This document shows, piece after piece, positions 9,765 through 19,841 of a DNA stretch of 64,000 nt (position 1 is its first letter; each line of letters opens with the position of its first letter). The translations under genes were made by a program, and so were the position numbers. Origin of the DNA: Desulfatiglandales bacterium (lineage in GTDB: Bacteria; Desulfobacterota; DSM-4660; Desulfatiglandales; HGW-15); the NCBI GenBank assembly GCA_963667015.2, contig CAXXJJ010000004.1:1120001-1184000 (forward strand). Direction: 5' to 3'. The notes under the pieces were generated by a model, which saw nothing but the letters and a program-made list of their open reading frames with translations, made no database searches and was not told the DNA's origin.

Positions 9765-10693
9765 AGAATTTTCCTGGATTCTAAATCAGGTTCAGATATT
9801 TTTTTAGTTAAACTGCGGGCAATGTTACGCAGGTCGGTGGCCGTTGATGTGTAGGGATATTTTTTCATGAAGATATTTTTGGAAAGGATCGAGTCATAAA
9901 CCTTTTCATCAAAATCTATATTTCCCAAAAATCTGAAACTTGCAGGGAAGTGTGTATTATAGACCCTTTCAATCTTTTCGCCAAGTTTAGGATCCACCTG
10001 TTTGCTGTATTCATTCATGATAAAGTAAAATTGAAAATTTTTAAGAATAGTCTTTAGCTGCTCTCCCTTTCGAGGATCATAACCTACTGCAAATTCCATC
10101 AGCTCCTGCAGTTTAATATGCTTATCGTCAGAAACATGCGAAAGAGATTTTATAATTTCCTGGAAGGTACTATGTTTAAGAACCTGTTTCACCTTTCGAT
10201 AAAAAATCGTTTTTATAAAGAGAAATGTATTCTCTATTGAAGTCGGCTGTGGTGTGCATACAAATATGCCTTCATTTGATGAGAGGAAAAAATCAAGTGT
10301 ATTAAAATTTGTTCCTGCACCAAGATCCAGCAGTATATAATCATAATCGAGATTTTTAATTGCCCTGATCAATTTCAGTTTCTGGGCATGGGGCATGTTT
10401 GCTGATTCAAGAGAAGTACCTTTGGAATTGATAATATAAAGATTTTCAATAGTTGTCGGTGCTGCAACCTGATCAAGCTCTTTTACACTTTTATTGATGA
10501 AATCACTTAACCCTGCTTTTAAAACCTCTGATCCAAAAAAGGTATGAAGGTTTGGACCACCAAGATCCAGATCGATTAAAAGTACTTTATTTCCCTGATT
10601 AGCAAGCAGAACACCCAGGTTTGCTGAAACAAAACTCTTCCCTACGCCACCTTTTCCACCACCTATGGGATAAATTATCGCTTTCCTGTTCAT
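9761..10693 (-). CDS. MinD/FlhG-family P-loop ATPase
   Basis: GGKGGVGKS deviant Walker A, LLIDLDLG, ILLDLGAG; overlaps the downstream gene by 4 nt. Confidence 0.85.
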   Translation of the reverse strand: MNRKAIIYPIGGGKGGVGKSFVSANLGVLLANQGNKVLLIDLDLGGPNLHTFFGSEVLKAGLSDFINKSVKELDQVAAPTTIENLYIINSKGTSLESANMPHAQKLKLIRAIKNLDYDYILLDLGAGTNFNTLDFFLSSNEGIFVCTPQPTSIENTFLFIKTIFYRKVKQVLKHSTFQEIIKSLSHVSDDKHIKLQELMEFAVGYDPRKGEQLKTILKNFQFYFIMNEYSKQVDPKLGEKIERVYNTHFPASFRFLGNIDFDEKVYDSILSKNIFMKKYPYTSTATDLRNIARSLTKKISEPDLESRKIL

Positions 10694-11034
10694 CTATACC
10701 TGTAGAATGAATTTAATATGAGCAATAGAGCTTTAGATTAAATCAGCCCGGTTTTAAGCATGTTACAGCGGCATAAATAATGCCGATGAGCGTTTACAGG
10801 TTATTTGCTTTTTCATAAAATAAATTGTCTGAAATTCCGATATGATATAACAAATCTATAACATAAGTGAAAGAAAGTTTTTCCTGCATGATAAAAAATC
10901 TATATTTACCATAAACAATGCCATGAATATGACACGGTTTAGAGATATTGCATATGCTATTAAAATAGATTAAACATATGCTTTAAGACATCTCTTTTTC
11001 GTGCTAATCTGTGTAATAATAAAGGAGTAATAAA

Positions 11035-11625
11035 ATGAAAAAAACATATCTATTATTGATAGCATTTACAATCCTTCTAATTGCAAATTCTTCATTTTCT
11101 TCTGCCGATGAAGAAGAAAAATATTCAAACACTATAAATATTTTTAAAGAATCAGATGCTGTTCAGAAATTCTTTAATAACAGTTACGGATATGCAGTAT
11201 TTCCAACTATCGGGAAGGCCGGCTGGATAATTGGCGGGTCATATGGCAAGGGGAAGGTTTATGTGAATGGAAAAGTTACCGGGGGAGTATCAGTAATAGA
11301 GGGTTCGATCGGTTTCCAGCTTGGAGGAAAGGCGTTTAGTGAGCTTATCTTCTTTGAAGATAAACGTGCCTATGATGAGTTTACAAGCGGAGGATTTGAA
11401 TTTGATGCTACCGCCCAGGCAATCGCTATTACTGCAGGCGCCGAAGCCAAGGCGGGAACAGCAGGCAGCACTGCCGGAGCCAGTGCTGGCCCCAAAACAG
11501 GAGTTCAGGCAGAAACCGGATATCATAAAGGTATGGTAACCTTTGTGCATAGCAAAGGCGGATTGATGTATGAAATTTCAATAAGCGGTCAGAAATTTAA
11601 ATTTAAACCATGGATAACCCGTTAG
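11035..11625 (+). CDS. Ysc84/SYLF lipid-binding domain secreted protein
   Basis: Signal peptide; GYAVFP.IGKAG.IIGG.YG.G, SIGFQLG, KGGLMYE motifs. Confidence 0.8.
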   Translation: MKKTYLLLIAFTILLIANSSFSSADEEEKYSNTINIFKESDAVQKFFNNSYGYAVFPTIGKAGWIIGGSYGKGKVYVNGKVTGGVSVIEGSIGFQLGGKAFSELIFFEDKRAYDEFTSGGFEFDATAQAIAITAGAEAKAGTAGSTAGASAGPKTGVQAETGYHKGMVTFVHSKGGLMYEISISGQKFKFKPWITR

Positions 11626-11840
11626 AACTGAATAAAGCATCGCATGATAATAAGATCTATCCATAATGTTATTTTTATGGATGGATCTTCCACATCAAAT
11701 AATACGGGTTTACCCGCATGGGTGGTTTCTTTAACATACTCCCTTAATGTCCCGAAAATCCGGTTACAGTTCGAACACTTCTTGGGGAATTGCGTTTCTA
11801 TATAATCTCGTATGATTTGGACTACCTCTACTTCATTCAT
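11622..11840 (-). pseudogene. short CxxC-containing ORF, probably a truncated remnant
   Basis: QFPKKCSNC; C-terminus runs into the convergent gene. Confidence 0.35.
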
Positions 11841-12201
11841 AATATACCCGTTTTGTTATTGAGCATAAACAAAGTCCTGACAGATAAAAATCATGTTGTT
11901 AAACGATTGGAATAATCAAGACAGCAGTCCTCATATTTTATCCAAATAACCTTATTATAACAATACATGCGGTTGACAGAAAATTTTATAATAAAACTTA
12001 AAGGTATAGATATTTTTAAGGTTCTGGATATTTCGAACCACTCTTTTCCAATATGTTTTACCGGTAGATTTTTCCTAGTGCCAAATCACTGGCACTGAGA
12101 TTTTAAATGAAAATTACAATATCTTACATCAGCACTCCCAATAAATACCCTATATTAAATCAATATTTTCTATATGTTACAAACATTTTTAAATCATTGA
12201 T

Positions 12202-12228
12202 TAAACTAAGCGCCGGTTGTGCCGATAT
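12202..12228 (+). promoter_or_regulatory. sigma28 (FliA)-type promoter
   Basis: TAAA-N15-GCCGATAT. Confidence 0.7.
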
Positions 12229-12414
12229 ATAAGAATACGGGGTATGATTTTTGCATCAAGATGGAAATAAATAATTACTCGACCAAAATCAGCAGGTATT
12301 GATACAAGTTTATTATTAAATCTTTATCCGTCTCTGTCGGATTTAAAAATGTGAATAATATTCAATTTTAAACATGTTCCGTATTTGATTAAAACATCCT
12401 TTAAAGGAAAAAGT

Positions 12415-13173
12415 ATGTCCAATTCATTACTCACTATCCCCCTGCTACTTTTATTCAGTCTGACAGGGTATACAGTCATTAAGCGATTAAAATGCAGAGT
12501 TCTGTGCATCACGCCGCTGCTCATTGCTGTACTGATGACAGGGTGCGCCAAAACGCCTTTTCCAACGAGGTATACGCTGACAAAACAAAAGCAGATGCAG
12601 GCAGCTCATCACTGGCAGATTCTCGCGAAGGATATTGCGCAGCAGGTTAAACTTGGATTGATCGGCAAAAAGCTGAATAATCAAACCCCGATATTTATAC
12701 GTTCCAATTATGAAACACCTTTTGGACATATCTTCCACAGCCTGATAACTTCCGAATTATTGGAAATGAACATCCCGGTATCGAAAGGGGAATCGGGTGC
12801 AATTATTATGGAAGTAGAGGCAAGGGTATTGGGTCACAGTGGCAGGCAGTTCCATCAGTCTCCCTATAAATGGACTGCTCTTGCGGCAGGAGTAAACGTT
12901 CTTCGCGCAGTAATAGATACTTCATATGAAACTTTGCTATTAATGGCAATTCCGGTGGGTGTTGCAGCTGACTCAGGATTTATCGGCACGGCAGATAATT
13001 CACCGTCAAATGAAGTTATTATCTCTACATCGCTTGTCCATAACGAAAATATAGTTTTCAATAATGTCGATATATATTACATAAACGATCCTGATTGGTG
13101 GCACTATGATAAAAACCCTTACAAAAAACATTCCGGCGCCGGTACAAAAACATACAAGACTGTTACAGAATAA
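12415..13173 (+). CDS. putative lipoprotein
   Basis: Lipobox LMTGC, motif QKQMQAAHHWQILA; upstream of an FlgO-like gene. Confidence 0.65.
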   Translation: MSNSLLTIPLLLLFSLTGYTVIKRLKCRVLCITPLLIAVLMTGCAKTPFPTRYTLTKQKQMQAAHHWQILAKDIAQQVKLGLIGKKLNNQTPIFIRSNYETPFGHIFHSLITSELLEMNIPVSKGESGAIIMEVEARVLGHSGRQFHQSPYKWTALAAGVNVLRAVIDTSYETLLLMAIPVGVAADSGFIGTADNSPSNEVIISTSLVHNENIVFNNVDIYYINDPDWWHYDKNPYKKHSGAGTKTYKTVTE

Positions 13174-13756
13174 CTGTAAAACAAGGCTAAAAGGGAGTTT
13201 ATGGACTCTACCCCTGTGTCTTTGTTTCCTGTTATTACTGTCAGGCTGTTCAAAATTCTTTCCTGGAAATACCCGGAAAGCATGGTTACCTTCTGAATCC
13301 GGCATGGTCGTACAGAGAGATATTCTACAGTCAAGCTATATTGCGGCTGACAGGATTGTAGACATCCTGAAACACCGCGATTATGATAAAGACTCGGTTA
13401 TCCTGGCGGCAACATTTGTTGACATCAATGATCTATCAAAGTCAAGCCCCTTCGGCCGTATAATAAGCGAACATATATCCAGCCGGTTATCACAGCATGA
13501 ATATCAGGTAAAGGAGCTGAAACTTCGCCAGAATTCCATCTTCATTAAAAAAGGTGAAGGCGAGTTTATACTATCAAGGGAGATTGCGGATATCAGCGAT
13601 GAAAATGATGCTGATGCAATACTTGCAGGTACATATGCGGTATCCAAATACTCTGTCTTTGTCTCTGTCCGTGTAATACGGGCCGAAGACAGTATTTTGA
13701 TTGCCAGTTACGATTTTCAGATAGAACTTAACGGTAATGTTAAATCATTAATTTGA
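13106..13756 (+). CDS. FlgO-family outer-membrane lipoprotein (start uncertain)
   Basis: Lipobox LSGC; ILAATFVDINDL..SSPFGRIISE, GEFILSR, ILAGTY motifs. Confidence 0.75.
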   Translation: MIKTLTKNIPAPVQKHTRLLQNNCKTRLKGSLWTLPLCLCFLLLLSGCSKFFPGNTRKAWLPSESGMVVQRDILQSSYIAADRIVDILKHRDYDKDSVILAATFVDINDLSKSSPFGRIISEHISSRLSQHEYQVKELKLRQNSIFIKKGEGEFILSREIADISDENDADAILAGTYAVSKYSVFVSVRVIRAEDSILIASYDFQIELNGNVKSLI

Positions 13757-14113
13757 TATCAGGATTAAGTTAAGCTGCTGGCCTGAATCCTCCAAGGAGA
13801 AATTAAGGCATAAATGCGTAACTTTTTTAATATTATTTATTCAGGCATCTGTCTCCTGTCCCTGACAATATTTTCAAGATCACCCTTACTTATTTCTTTT
13901 TTTACCGGTGAGTAAATAAGACTCTGATCCTCAAGAGCTTATTGATCTGAAGCATGCTGATGTCTTTTCAGGTTCTCCGACAATACAACTCTTATTATTT
14001 ATTCTTGTCATACCTCCAGCAAGTTGTTATATTCTTTAAACCTTTTCAGCAATAATATTAATCGATTACGATACATCATTCCCCGCAGGTCATATCATAC
14101 AGGGAGACCTCCA

Positions 14114-15607
14114 ATGAACAAAGAATCAGAATATTTTAATACTGACATAGTGATAGCCGGAGGAGGCTTAAGCGGACTTTCCGCAGCACTTACTGCTGTT
14201 GAAAACGGGTTGAATGCATTAGTTTTGGAAAAGATGCATTTTCCCGGAGGGGCAGGTCTTTTTCCTGAAGGATCACTGGGGATTGGTTCCAGGTTCCAGA
14301 AGAAAATCGGGATAGAGATAACCGCCGGCCAGGTTTTTGCCAGGGTAATGGAGTTTCATCACTGGCGCTGTAATGCATCGGTAATAAGGGTCCTCCTTAA
14401 TGAATCAGGCAATACTATTGACTGGCTGATGGATCACGGAGTAAAGGTTGAAGGCATCAAGACATTATTCCCACCTGAAAAAAGCATGAATGTATGGCAT
14501 ATCTTTAAGGGTGGAGGAGCTAAAGTTGTTAAGATTCTTACTGACAAAATAAAAAAGAAAGGCGGCCTGATCCTTACAGAGACACCTGCAAGGGAATTAC
14601 TATTTAATGATCAGGGGAATGTAGTTGGGATAACAGCGGTTAACTCTAAGGGCAATAAAATAACCATAGACGCAAAGGCTGTAATCCTGGCAACCGGCGG
14701 TTTTGCGAGTAACAGGGATATGCTCAGAAAATATGTACCTGATATCAGCACACCGGGAATGGCAAGACTTATGTACAGAGGCCCGGATCCTGACGGCCGA
14801 ACAGGGGACGGCATTAACATGGCTCTGAGCGCAAATGCCGCACTTTCAGGTATGGGCACACTTGCTGGAAACAGCCCTTACCTGGATAACGAACCGGCCA
14901 TAAGACAATTCAGGGGACCTGACTATCTCAAGCAGACCCGTTGTGCATTGAGTCAGCCTTTTTTATGGATTAACCGGCAGGGAGACCGTTTCTACAATGA
15001 GTCATTAGGTTCTGTTTTCAGTGACGTCTATAACGCAATGACATCAAACGGCGGTCTGATGTGGTCTGTTTTTGATAAAAACATGAAAAAATCCATGATT
15101 GAAAACGGTCCTGTTATCCCCTTTAATGCCATTGTTGTTCCTGGAGATAAGATGACCGCCCTGGATGAAGGTATTGAAAAGGGCATTAAATCAGGCTTTG
15201 CATTCAAGGCAGACACAATTGAGAAACTTGCAAAAAAGATTCATATCAGGCCTGAAAAACTTAGGGCAACAATTGAAAAGATTAATAATTATGCTGATCA
15301 GAAAAAAGATCCCGATTTCAGCAGAAAACCGGAACACCTTATCAGGTTCGATACTGAGAAAGGTCCATACTACGCCCTGAAGGGGCTCCGTGCCTTTTTC
15401 CTGACACTGGGAGGAGTAAAAATCAATACAAATATGCAGGCCCTTGATATTTCTGAAAACCCTATCCCTGATCTTTATATAACAGGACAGGATATGGGCG
15501 GGCTTTACGACAGCACATATGACCTTCTTGCAGAGGGTTCTGCAAGCAGCTTTGCACTCAGTTCCGGGCGTATAGCGGCAAGGAAAATAACAGAGAAATA
15601 TAGATGA
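14114..15607 (+). CDS. FAD-dependent oxidoreductase (fumarate reductase/flavocytochrome c flavin-subunit family)
   Basis: GGGLSG dinucleotide motif, VILATGGF, TGDG, TLGGVKIN; no signal peptide; ATG 14114 after GGGAG. Confidence 0.85.
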   Translation: MNKESEYFNTDIVIAGGGLSGLSAALTAVENGLNALVLEKMHFPGGAGLFPEGSLGIGSRFQKKIGIEITAGQVFARVMEFHHWRCNASVIRVLLNESGNTIDWLMDHGVKVEGIKTLFPPEKSMNVWHIFKGGGAKVVKILTDKIKKKGGLILTETPARELLFNDQGNVVGITAVNSKGNKITIDAKAVILATGGFASNRDMLRKYVPDISTPGMARLMYRGPDPDGRTGDGINMALSANAALSGMGTLAGNSPYLDNEPAIRQFRGPDYLKQTRCALSQPFLWINRQGDRFYNESLGSVFSDVYNAMTSNGGLMWSVFDKNMKKSMIENGPVIPFNAIVVPGDKMTALDEGIEKGIKSGFAFKADTIEKLAKKIHIRPEKLRATIEKINNYADQKKDPDFSRKPEHLIRFDTEKGPYYALKGLRAFFLTLGGVKINTNMQALDISENPIPDLYITGQDMGGLYDSTYDLLAEGSASSFALSSGRIAARKITEKYR

Positions 15608-15741
15608 ATAACAACATCCGGAAGGGCTGCGGCTACTAATGCATGACCGTTACAAAAAGAAAAACCACATAGAAGACATAAAAAAAGGCCATGAGTTTAT
15701 CATAGCCTTTAATTGCATCGTTTATGGAATAATCCCGGTCT

Positions 15742-16668
15742 CTATTTTATTTTGGGAATCTCAACTTTATGGTAATAGTTATCATCCTGTAAAATATTAA
15801 TTGTATTTTTATGTTTTGTAACTGCCCGTCTTAATATTGCTTCCAGCCCACCCACAGAATAAATATTCAGCTTTCCGGCGCCTTCATAAAAAGCTTTTCT
15901 TATTGCTTCTCCTGCTTTCAGCCCCCCCTTCTCGGCAGCAGAACCAGGTATGATTTCTGAGATGATAATCCCCTTTGATGTACGCTCTACATTAAATCCA
16001 TAAAGGCTAAAGACATCGAAGTCTTTACTGTATCCTTTAATTGCTTCTTCGCGTAATTCCTCGAGTACTTCTTCACGCAGCTCTTCACGTAATGCCTCAC
16101 GCATATTTTCGTTGACTTCTTCCGAAACGGTTTCGGCAGGGACTGTCCGGGCTGTTTCCTTTAAAGGAGCCTTGTCTGTTACCGGTTTATTAATTTTATC
16201 TGCGGATGAATAGAGTTCTGCGCCTGTAAGTTTCCCTTCGCTGAGCTGAAATCTCCTGGCAAGATCAGAATATTCAATAAACTCTTTTGTCATGATATCA
16301 GGCTGATTGTATGCAGACAGGATTTTTTGAAAATCCGCACCGATCTCGATTCCAGTAGCAAACATCCCCTTAAAAGAAGATTGTATATTTATTTTTTCGA
16401 CTTTATTACCATTATTCATGATCTCAAGTGAAAGCCCGAGTTTGTCATATGACATAACAACCGTTCCTGCATCACTGGCAAATATTTTTTCAGGCGGTCC
16501 GAGCAGTTGGATTGCATCTTTTAATGTCATACCTGCTTTGAGATTTTCGTCAATTATTATTGGGGTATTACCTGCAGGCATTGCAATTTCAAAGGAAATA
16601 AGATCGAACAGAATAACTGCAGAAATAATTAACAGGAAATGAACAATTTTATTTTTTAAAATAGCCAT
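15742..16668 (-). CDS. secreted/membrane protein with C-terminal PDZ-like domain
   Basis: N-terminal hydrophobic segment; IIISEIIPGSAAEKGGLKAGE. Confidence 0.65.
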   Translation of the reverse strand: MAILKNKIVHFLLIISAVILFDLISFEIAMPAGNTPIIIDENLKAGMTLKDAIQLLGPPEKIFASDAGTVVMSYDKLGLSLEIMNNGNKVEKINIQSSFKGMFATGIEIGADFQKILSAYNQPDIMTKEFIEYSDLARRFQLSEGKLTGAELYSSADKINKPVTDKAPLKETARTVPAETVSEEVNENMREALREELREEVLEELREEAIKGYSKDFDVFSLYGFNVERTSKGIIISEIIPGSAAEKGGLKAGEAIRKAFYEGAGKLNIYSVGGLEAILRRAVTKHKNTINILQDDNYYHKVEIPKIK

Positions 16669-16995
16669 AAATTCTCCCTCTTCAAAATAAACAGTATATG
16701 CAAAATATCCGCATGTTAAAAATAACACGGATTTTTTTGATAATATCCAAATTCATGCTGAGCATGCAGTATATATACTTTTCCCCTGTAAAAAACAACC
16801 CGATAATACCGGGGAAAAATGAGTTGGAGATATATAAATTACACTCAACCCGGTTATTCAATTACATCCATGGGTTATCTTGACCATCAGATAGAGAATA
16901 GGTTAAAAATGCCTGGATCAATAACATGAATCAAAATAACATAAAATGAAATGAAAATAGTGCCGCATTTATGATTCTACTTTAAAAGGATATAA

Positions 16996-17574
16996 ATGAG
17001 TCAAAAACTAAATGCACAGAATAGCAAGGCTCAATTAGGATGCAGTTTTTTTATTCTAATATTGATATCTTTCTGTTCATGTACGACTTCACATTATAAC
17101 TTTAAAGAGCCGGTTGGAAATAATACCAGGGATTTTTCCGGAGACATCAGCAAAAAAATAAACCTTCTTCAAAATGATCTGGCTGCACTGGGTGATGAAA
17201 CAGATTATTCGGAAGCAAAGCAGCTTGCACAAATAAGCATTAACTATTCTCTGTTTCTGGCTGATGAATACAGGCTTGTCCGGCCGCCATATTTGCACAA
17301 TATGCTGGTACGCATTGGAATAAAGGATCGAGGCTTATGTTACCACTGGGCCGAGGACCTTTTAGAGCGGTTGACCTCGCTGGAGTTAAAGAGCTTTATT
17401 CTGCACAGGGGTGTTGCCTACAAAGGCAGTGATCTGAGGGAACATAACAGTGTTGTAGTAACTGCCAGGGGACAGGATTTCAATGAAGGCATTGTACTGG
17501 ATCCATGGAGGGATTCAGGTGATTTATACTGGACACGGGTTAAGATTGACCGCTATCCGTGGGAAGAAAGGTAG
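16996..17574 (+). CDS. putative lipoprotein with transglutaminase-like Cys-His-Asp motifs
   Basis: Lipobox-like FCSC; GLCYHWA, EHNSVVV, VLDPWR. Confidence 0.6.
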   Translation: MSQKLNAQNSKAQLGCSFFILILISFCSCTTSHYNFKEPVGNNTRDFSGDISKKINLLQNDLAALGDETDYSEAKQLAQISINYSLFLADEYRLVRPPYLHNMLVRIGIKDRGLCYHWAEDLLERLTSLELKSFILHRGVAYKGSDLREHNSVVVTARGQDFNEGIVLDPWRDSGDLYWTRVKIDRYPWEER

Positions 17575-17578
17575 CTTT

Positions 17579-17606
17579 ATAGAGGCGAAAAGTTTTTCGC
17601 CCCTGC
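17579..17606. repeat. REP-like palindrome between convergent genes
   Basis: ATAGAGGCGAAAAGTTTTTCGCCCCTGC, a near-perfect hairpin resembling GTAGGGGCG..CGCCCCTAC REP elements. Confidence 0.5.
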
Positions 17607-17637
17607 AATTTATAGCATATCAGGCCTTCTGTTATAA

Positions 17638-19068
17638 CTAAGCTGCAATCCCTGAAGACTCTATATCATTTTTTTGGACAGTTCCTAAACTCGAGGTCTC
17701 TTCCGATTTGATTTTTTGCTCCGAGTTTAATCTCCTCATTTCAAGTAAAACAGGAATCAGCATGCCCAGCACCAGAACAAAAGTCATAGAATCTGATATG
17801 GGGAAAGCCCACCATACACCGTCCAATCCTAAAAACCTCGGCAGAATCAGGATAGCCGGAATTAAAAACAAAACAGACCTGGTTACAGTTGATAGAAAAG
17901 CCGGCAGTGCTTTTCCGATAGACTGAAAAACCGTCGCCCCTATATTGATGAGACCAATCAGGTACATGACCAGGAAAACGAGCCTGGCTGCATGTGTTCC
18001 CAGGTCGATAAGTTCATTGTCATCTATAAAGATCCGGATGACGGTACCAGGGTTGAAATACACAGCCAGAAACACCAAAAGACCAATGGATGTTGCCGCA
18101 ATACCGCTTATTTTAATGACCCTTAAGACTCTGTCGAAACGTCGGGCGCCATAATTGAAGCCAACAATCGGTTGGATAGCCTGCCCGATTACGATTGAAG
18201 GCATGACGGCAAACATCATAGCCCTGTTAAGAACCCCCCAGGTCGCCAGTGCCAGGTCACCACCAAAAGCAATAACTGTTCGATTAACAACAATTGCAGA
18301 AGCGCTTCCGGACAGAACCATTGCACCCGCTGAGAAACCTATTATCAATATCTCCCGGGCTATTTTCCAATCCGGTTTCAGGTCCCTGAATGCAAAACTC
18401 AGCTCAGGTTTTCCAACAAAATAATAACTCATAAAGTAAATAACACCTACTATCTGTGAAATCACCGTCGCCCAGGCTGCTCCTTTGACTCCGCCATCAA
18501 GGAGGCCTATAAAAACCCAGTCTAAAGGGATATTCAACGCAGCACTCAGAACCATGCCAATCATGGGTACTTTCGCATTGCCGGCCGCCCTTATCAAAGA
18601 ACTCAGTGTAAAAGAGAATGTCATGAAAAACATGCCTATTAAAATGATATGGAGGTAATCCGCTGCGTATGACATGGTGGCTTCCGACGCACCCAGTAAA
18701 TGGCACCACAAGGGTACATTCGCCAGGCCAATGGCAGTCAAGACAACAGATAATACGAAAGTGATGGTAAAAGAGTTGCCAAGCGCCCGCTCAGCCTTGT
18801 ATTTCTGGTCTGCACCCAACAACCTCGATATCAGAGAAGAGCCTCCAACACCGGCCAACATTCCGACAAATAATGAAAGTATTTGAATCGGAAACACAAG
18901 TGTAAGGCCGCCTATCGCATCCCTGCCCACGTATTGTCCGATAAAGATTGTATCCACAACATTATATAAAGTATGGACTGCCATGGAGATGAAAGCAGGT
19001 ATTGCAAACATTATTAACAGCCGTCCTACACGGTCACTGTCCAGTGACTTTTTATCCATTTTTTTCAT
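17638..19068 (-). CDS. MATE family efflux transporter (MepA-like)
   Basis: LYNVVDTIFIG, ~12 TM segments, GVKGAAWATVISQ, GFNYGA. Confidence 0.9.
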   Translation of the reverse strand: MKKMDKKSLDSDRVGRLLIMFAIPAFISMAVHTLYNVVDTIFIGQYVGRDAIGGLTLVFPIQILSLFVGMLAGVGGSSLISRLLGADQKYKAERALGNSFTITFVLSVVLTAIGLANVPLWCHLLGASEATMSYAADYLHIILIGMFFMTFSFTLSSLIRAAGNAKVPMIGMVLSAALNIPLDWVFIGLLDGGVKGAAWATVISQIVGVIYFMSYYFVGKPELSFAFRDLKPDWKIAREILIIGFSAGAMVLSGSASAIVVNRTVIAFGGDLALATWGVLNRAMMFAVMPSIVIGQAIQPIVGFNYGARRFDRVLRVIKISGIAATSIGLLVFLAVYFNPGTVIRIFIDDNELIDLGTHAARLVFLVMYLIGLINIGATVFQSIGKALPAFLSTVTRSVLFLIPAILILPRFLGLDGVWWAFPISDSMTFVLVLGMLIPVLLEMRRLNSEQKIKSEETSSLGTVQKNDIESSGIAA

Positions 19069-19118
19069 AAACTAAAAATCCTTACTATCTTTTAATATAC
19101 AGCACTGAAGTATGAGGC

Positions 19119-19580
19119 TTATGCCTGCATCATCTTTGGCAGAATATTTCTTATTTTATCCAGAGAGATTGACAAATCCTTGAGGTCATTTTCACTTAGA
19201 GATGCCAGGGCTTTTTCCAGGGCATCATCTATACTGTTAACCAGACAATCCAGATTTTGCTTTCCCGTGTCAGTCAGAGAAATTCTTGTAACTCTTCTAT
19301 CTTCTTGATCTGTTTCACGTTTAACCATTTCATTTTCAACCAGTTTATCGACAAGCTGCGTCATATGCGCTTTTGCCAGAACCAGACGTTTTCCAATTTC
19401 AAAAACCGGGAGACTGCCCTCTTCAGGCAGTAACATCATTATCTCAAAGTGAAGAGGCGTCAGGCTTACTTCAATATTTGCCAGGGTAACCTTGGTAAAT
19501 TTACTTCTGACTATCCTGGATGATAAAGCAGGAATGGAAAACAGATCAGCGCCTACTTTTTTAACCAGACTCTTTTGCAT
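19119..19580 (-). CDS. MarR family transcriptional regulator
   Basis: wHTH with DRRVTRISLTDTG; upstream of the MATE gene. Confidence 0.85.
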   Translation of the reverse strand: MQKSLVKKVGADLFSIPALSSRIVRSKFTKVTLANIEVSLTPLHFEIMMLLPEEGSLPVFEIGKRLVLAKAHMTQLVDKLVENEMVKRETDQEDRRVTRISLTDTGKQNLDCLVNSIDDALEKALASLSENDLKDLSISLDKIRNILPKMMQA

Positions 19581-19609
19581 TGAAAACTCCCATGCCAGTT
19601 AATCAATAT

Positions 19610-19622
19610 TTCATATTATGAA
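19610..19622. promoter_or_regulatory. palindrome, candidate MarR operator
   Basis: TTCATA-T-TATGAA about 30 nt upstream of the marR-like start. Confidence 0.4.
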
Positions 19623-19841
19623 CAGTATACTTACTATACTATTTTAAAATAGGCAAATTCTTTTTTAAAAAAAGAGAAGAAAGGGCAATAACAGGAAAAA
19701 GAAATAAGAATGATATCTTCCTCGACCAACAATGAAAAGAGGCCGGCTGTGACTCTTATAATGCTACTAACAGCCACAGGCCGGCCCCAAAAAACAGTTT
19801 ATGAGAAATACTAGTTAATTAAACTGTAAAAGATTTCTCTA

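Noticed and set aside
10816..10843. Possible sigma28 promoter before the SYLF gene
   Set aside because: The -10 (TCCGATAT) and spacing both deviate; too weak in an AT-rich context
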